This document shows, piece by piece, positions 7,830 through 9,306 of a stretch of 9,306 bases of DNA (within the stretch, counting starts at the first letter, position 1; the number at the start of each line of letters is the position of its first letter). The translations under genes were made by a program, and so were the position numbers. The notes below the pieces were generated by a model. It searched no databases and had not been told where the DNA came from. It was given only the letters and a program-made list of their open reading frames with translations. This stretch comes from Selaginella moellendorffii (Eukaryota > Plantae > Lycopodiophyta): the NCBI RefSeq assembly GCF_000143415.4, contig NW_003314623.1:1-9306 (forward strand). Direction: 5' to 3'.

Positions 7830-8720
7830 GACATCTGTGCTTACAAGAGCCTTGTGAGATGCAAGATCCCATAATTTGTAAGTTTTTCTCCCGATGGTGT
7901 CGTCCTGTGCATATCCAGATGAATTTTTTACTTTTGGGATTTAGCTTTTTCCGAAGTTGATCAGGGGTATGTGAATATGCTGCACAACTGAAGACTTGAA
8001 AGTGGGACACATTAGGAGTAGAACCTGTCCAAAATGCCTCAAGGGTTTTTCCATCCAAAGCAGCCGTGGCAAGGCAATTTTGTACATGCATTGCTGTGGC
8101 TATAGCCTCTTGCCAAAACATCTTGTCAAGATGTGCATCAGCTAACAAAGTGTGAGCATCAGCTAACAAAATGTGAGCAGCATTAACAAGAGTGCGATTC
8201 TTCCTTTCTACAACACCATTTTGCTGGGGGGTGTAGCGGGCTGTGGCTTGCAGTTGTATGCTTACATCATGACAGATGCCCCGAAGATCATTGTTGAGGT
8301 ATTCACCACCACCATCAACTTGAAGAGATTTTATCTTTCGACCAAGGAGGTTTTCAACATAGGCCTTGTACGTTTGAAAGGCAACAACTGCATCACTTTT
8401 ACGCATCAAGAAGTGGATGCATGTTCGACGGCTATAGTCATCAATAAATGTGATGAAATATCTTGCCCCATTGTGACTTGGCACGTCCATGGGGCCGCAA
8501 AGATCAGAATGGACCAATTCCAGAAGTTAAGTGCTCGATGCTTACTCGGCGAGAAATTCTGACGGTGATGCTTGCCTAAAATGCAAGCTTCACAAAATGT
8601 AGATGGGATACGTCGGAAATCCAATCCAGTAACAATATCTTGGGATTTCATCCGTTGAAGAGATTGGTAATGAACATGACCAAGTCTTTTATGCCAAAGC
8701 TCCGCACAAGAATCTGCCTC
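7830..8720 (-). pseudogene. Copia GAG-pre-integrase plus integrase core (approximate bounds)
   Basis: AELWHKRLGH, FCEACILGKHHR, VHSDLCGP, FIDDYSR, VDGGGEY, TPQQNGVVERKNRTL, FWQEA, RKKLNPKS. Confidence 0.94.
8135..8179. repeat. 21-bp in-frame tandem duplication in the Copia integrase
   Basis: gcatcagctaacaaagtgtga / gcatcagctaacaaaatgtga; translates as AHILLAD-AHTLLAD. Confidence 0.92.
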
Positions 8721-9306
8721 CACAGTCTGAAAGGCTTGAACCGGGTCAGCAGCAATAATCTCATACAAGTCCCCAATGCATGACCCACGAAGCAATTGTG
8801 TCCCAAGCATATAAAAGTTGCTAGAGTCAACCAAAGAGACTCCCTTTGCATCAAAGATTACCACTACATTTTGATCATATATCTTGGCGACAGACATTAA
8901 GTTTCGTCGCAAAGTGGAAACGCGCATGGCACCATCAAAGGCTATGGTCCTCCCATGATCAAGTGAGAGCCAAAATTGCCCAATGCCTTCTACGGGATAA
9001 TGGTATTGTCACCTAAATGAACACCATGTTTTCCAATACTTGGCTGATAACACTCAAAAAGACTCTTCTTATTGCTCATAAGATTAATACAACCAAAGTC
9101 TAAGAGCCACCGGCTTGGTGCTGCAATTGCCTCTGCGTTGTAGAGCTCCTCAGCAGCCTCATTTGCTGTAGCAATTCCATCATGCTCGAGTAGATTGGCT
9201 TTTGCCGGCGTAGCTAGTCGCTTGACAGGCTTGGGAGCAAGGCAATCTCGAGCCCAGTGGCCCATCTCCAAGCAGCGAGCACACTGATTCTTAGCAAGTC
9301 TGGGCT

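Larger units (their letters stand above)
6388..9306 (-). mobile_element. Ty1/Copia LTR retrotransposon, internal region, decayed and partial
   Basis: Order zinc knuckle (CARCLEMGHWARDC) - PR (WLLDFGC, degenerate) - GAG-pre-IN (LWHKRLGH, CEACILGK) - IN - RT; several stops and frameshifts (about 8993, 8520, 7920, 7238, 6640). Confidence 0.96.

Overview
Eukaryotic repeat DNA, probably from a seed-free plant or streptophyte (inferred from protein motifs and methylation-type decay). It holds two decayed LTR retrotransposons on the minus strand, separated by a 527-N gap. (1) 1..5860 is a near full-length Ty3/Gypsy chromovirus: 5' LTR, tRNA-iMet PBS, single-frame gag-PR-RT-RH-IN-chromodomain, structured 3' UTR, probable PPT. 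(2) 6388..9306 is a partial Ty1/Copia element: zinc knuckle, PR, GAG-pre-IN, IN, RT. The standout observation is that the Gypsy element appears to carry spliceosomal GT-AG introns. Two short AT-rich introns (47 nt, 1258-1304; 52 nt, 789-840) interrupt the integrase, and removing them exactly rebuilds the conserved HPQTDGQTER and KLTQRFAGPY motifs. A third candidate (66 nt, 5257-5322, AG|GTAAGT...CCTTTTCCTCAG) spans the LTR end and the primer-binding site. If real, spliced mRNA would make integrase but could not prime reverse transcription, while unspliced RNA would be the copied genome, which would explain how a retroelement keeps introns. This copy is inactivated by five C>T-type stops, a YIDD>YIDN change and a 1-bp deletion. 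Splicing is inferred from sequence only.
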